The notes beneath the pieces are model-generated. The model was not told the DNA's origin and did not search any database. It worked only from the letters and a program-made list of their open reading frames with translations. A stretch of 64,000 nucleotides of DNA from Octopus sinensis (Eukaryota), in assembly GCF_006345805.1 (NCBI RefSeq), contig NW_021831839.1, positions 56-64,055 on the forward strand. Reading direction: 5' to 3'. A program made the translations under genes and the position numbers. Shown piece after piece: positions 63,205 to 64,000 of the stretch (position 1 is its first letter; each line of letters opens with the position of its first letter).

Positions 63205-63589
63205 TATTTGCGAAGACATGTTGGGGCAAGCGAAATCGAAATCGAATTGAACCAGCCAGGATCCCTGGTCTGGTGGTACGTAAAAAGCACTATCCGACTC
63301 GTGGCCGATGCCAGCACCGCCTCGACTGGCTTCCGTGCCGGTGGCACATAAAATACACCAGTCCAACCGTGGCCGTTGCCAGCCTCGCCTGGCACCTGTG
63401 CAGGTGGCACGTAAAAAGCACCCACTACACTCACGGAGTGGTTGGCGTTAGGAAGGGCATCCAGCTGTAGAAACATTGCCAGATTAGACTGGAGCCTGGT
63501 GCAGCCTTCTGGCTTCCCAGAACCCCGGTTGAACCGTCCAACCCATGCTAGCATGGAGAACGGACGTTAAACGATGATGATGATGATGA

Positions 63590-63590
<1 letters not shown>
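63205..63590 (+). mobile_element. Second, truncated copy of the RTE 3'UTR ending in (GAT)n
   Basis: Near-identical to 62310-62720. Confidence 0.9.
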
Positions 63591-63623
<33 letters not shown>

Positions 63624-63646
63624 CATTTGTGTGTCTGTGTATATAT

Positions 63647-63686
<40 letters not shown>

Positions 63687-63757
63687 CTATCTATCTATCT
63701 CTATCTATCCATATATATATACACACACACATATATATATATATTATATATACATAT

Positions 63758-63828
<71 letters not shown>
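63573..63828. repeat. Compound (GAT)n/(TA)n microsatellite
   Basis: Direct reading of the sequence. Confidence 0.95.
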
Positions 63829-63829
<1 letters not shown>

Positions 63830-64000
63830 TTCAATACAGCTTATGAGAGGTAATGGTGTCAATAAGACCAAAAGGTGTCTGGGTAATGCTGAGTAATTGC
63901 TATGGATAGATCATAGTTAAGCTCCAGGGTTGGTGATTATGCGAATAAGGCTTGGATTTTCATCTCATGCTGAAAAAAAAAATTATATACACATGCTGAT

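Noticed and set aside
63574-63896. ORFs rich in I/Y/M/V (also 37692-38069, 50512-50709, 11814-12065)
   Set aside because: These are translations of microsatellites.

Overview
Eukaryotic, AT-rich, transposon-saturated genomic DNA. The SINE families, LINE families and (TA)n/(TATG)n/(CAT)n microsatellites suggest an octopod cephalopod genome (inference). No rRNA, canonical tRNA gene or CRISPR array was seen. Most of the window is decayed mobile DNA: two Tx1/L1-clade LINEs, at least three RTE families (two BovB-like copies ~90% identical by eye), CR1/Jockey-like LINEs (one with a 628-aa open RT ORF), several Penelope-like element (PLE) fragments, two mariner remnants, a hAT remnant, Helitrons, tRNA-derived SINEs, a solo LTR with a 4-bp TSD and a ~640-bp tandem array. 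Two signals stand out. First, up to five minimal type-I hammerhead ribozyme motifs with palindromic helix III, mostly at PLE ends. Second, a probable host gene on the + strand: a signal-peptide exon at 32048-32105 is phase-compatible with an Ig-like exon at 46006-46240/46275, and that exon reads as an Ig domain only if single A's are restored in two or three short A-runs. Several fold-back and inverted structures could form dsRNA in that pre-mRNA. TE boundaries are approximate and were assigned by eye, without database searches.
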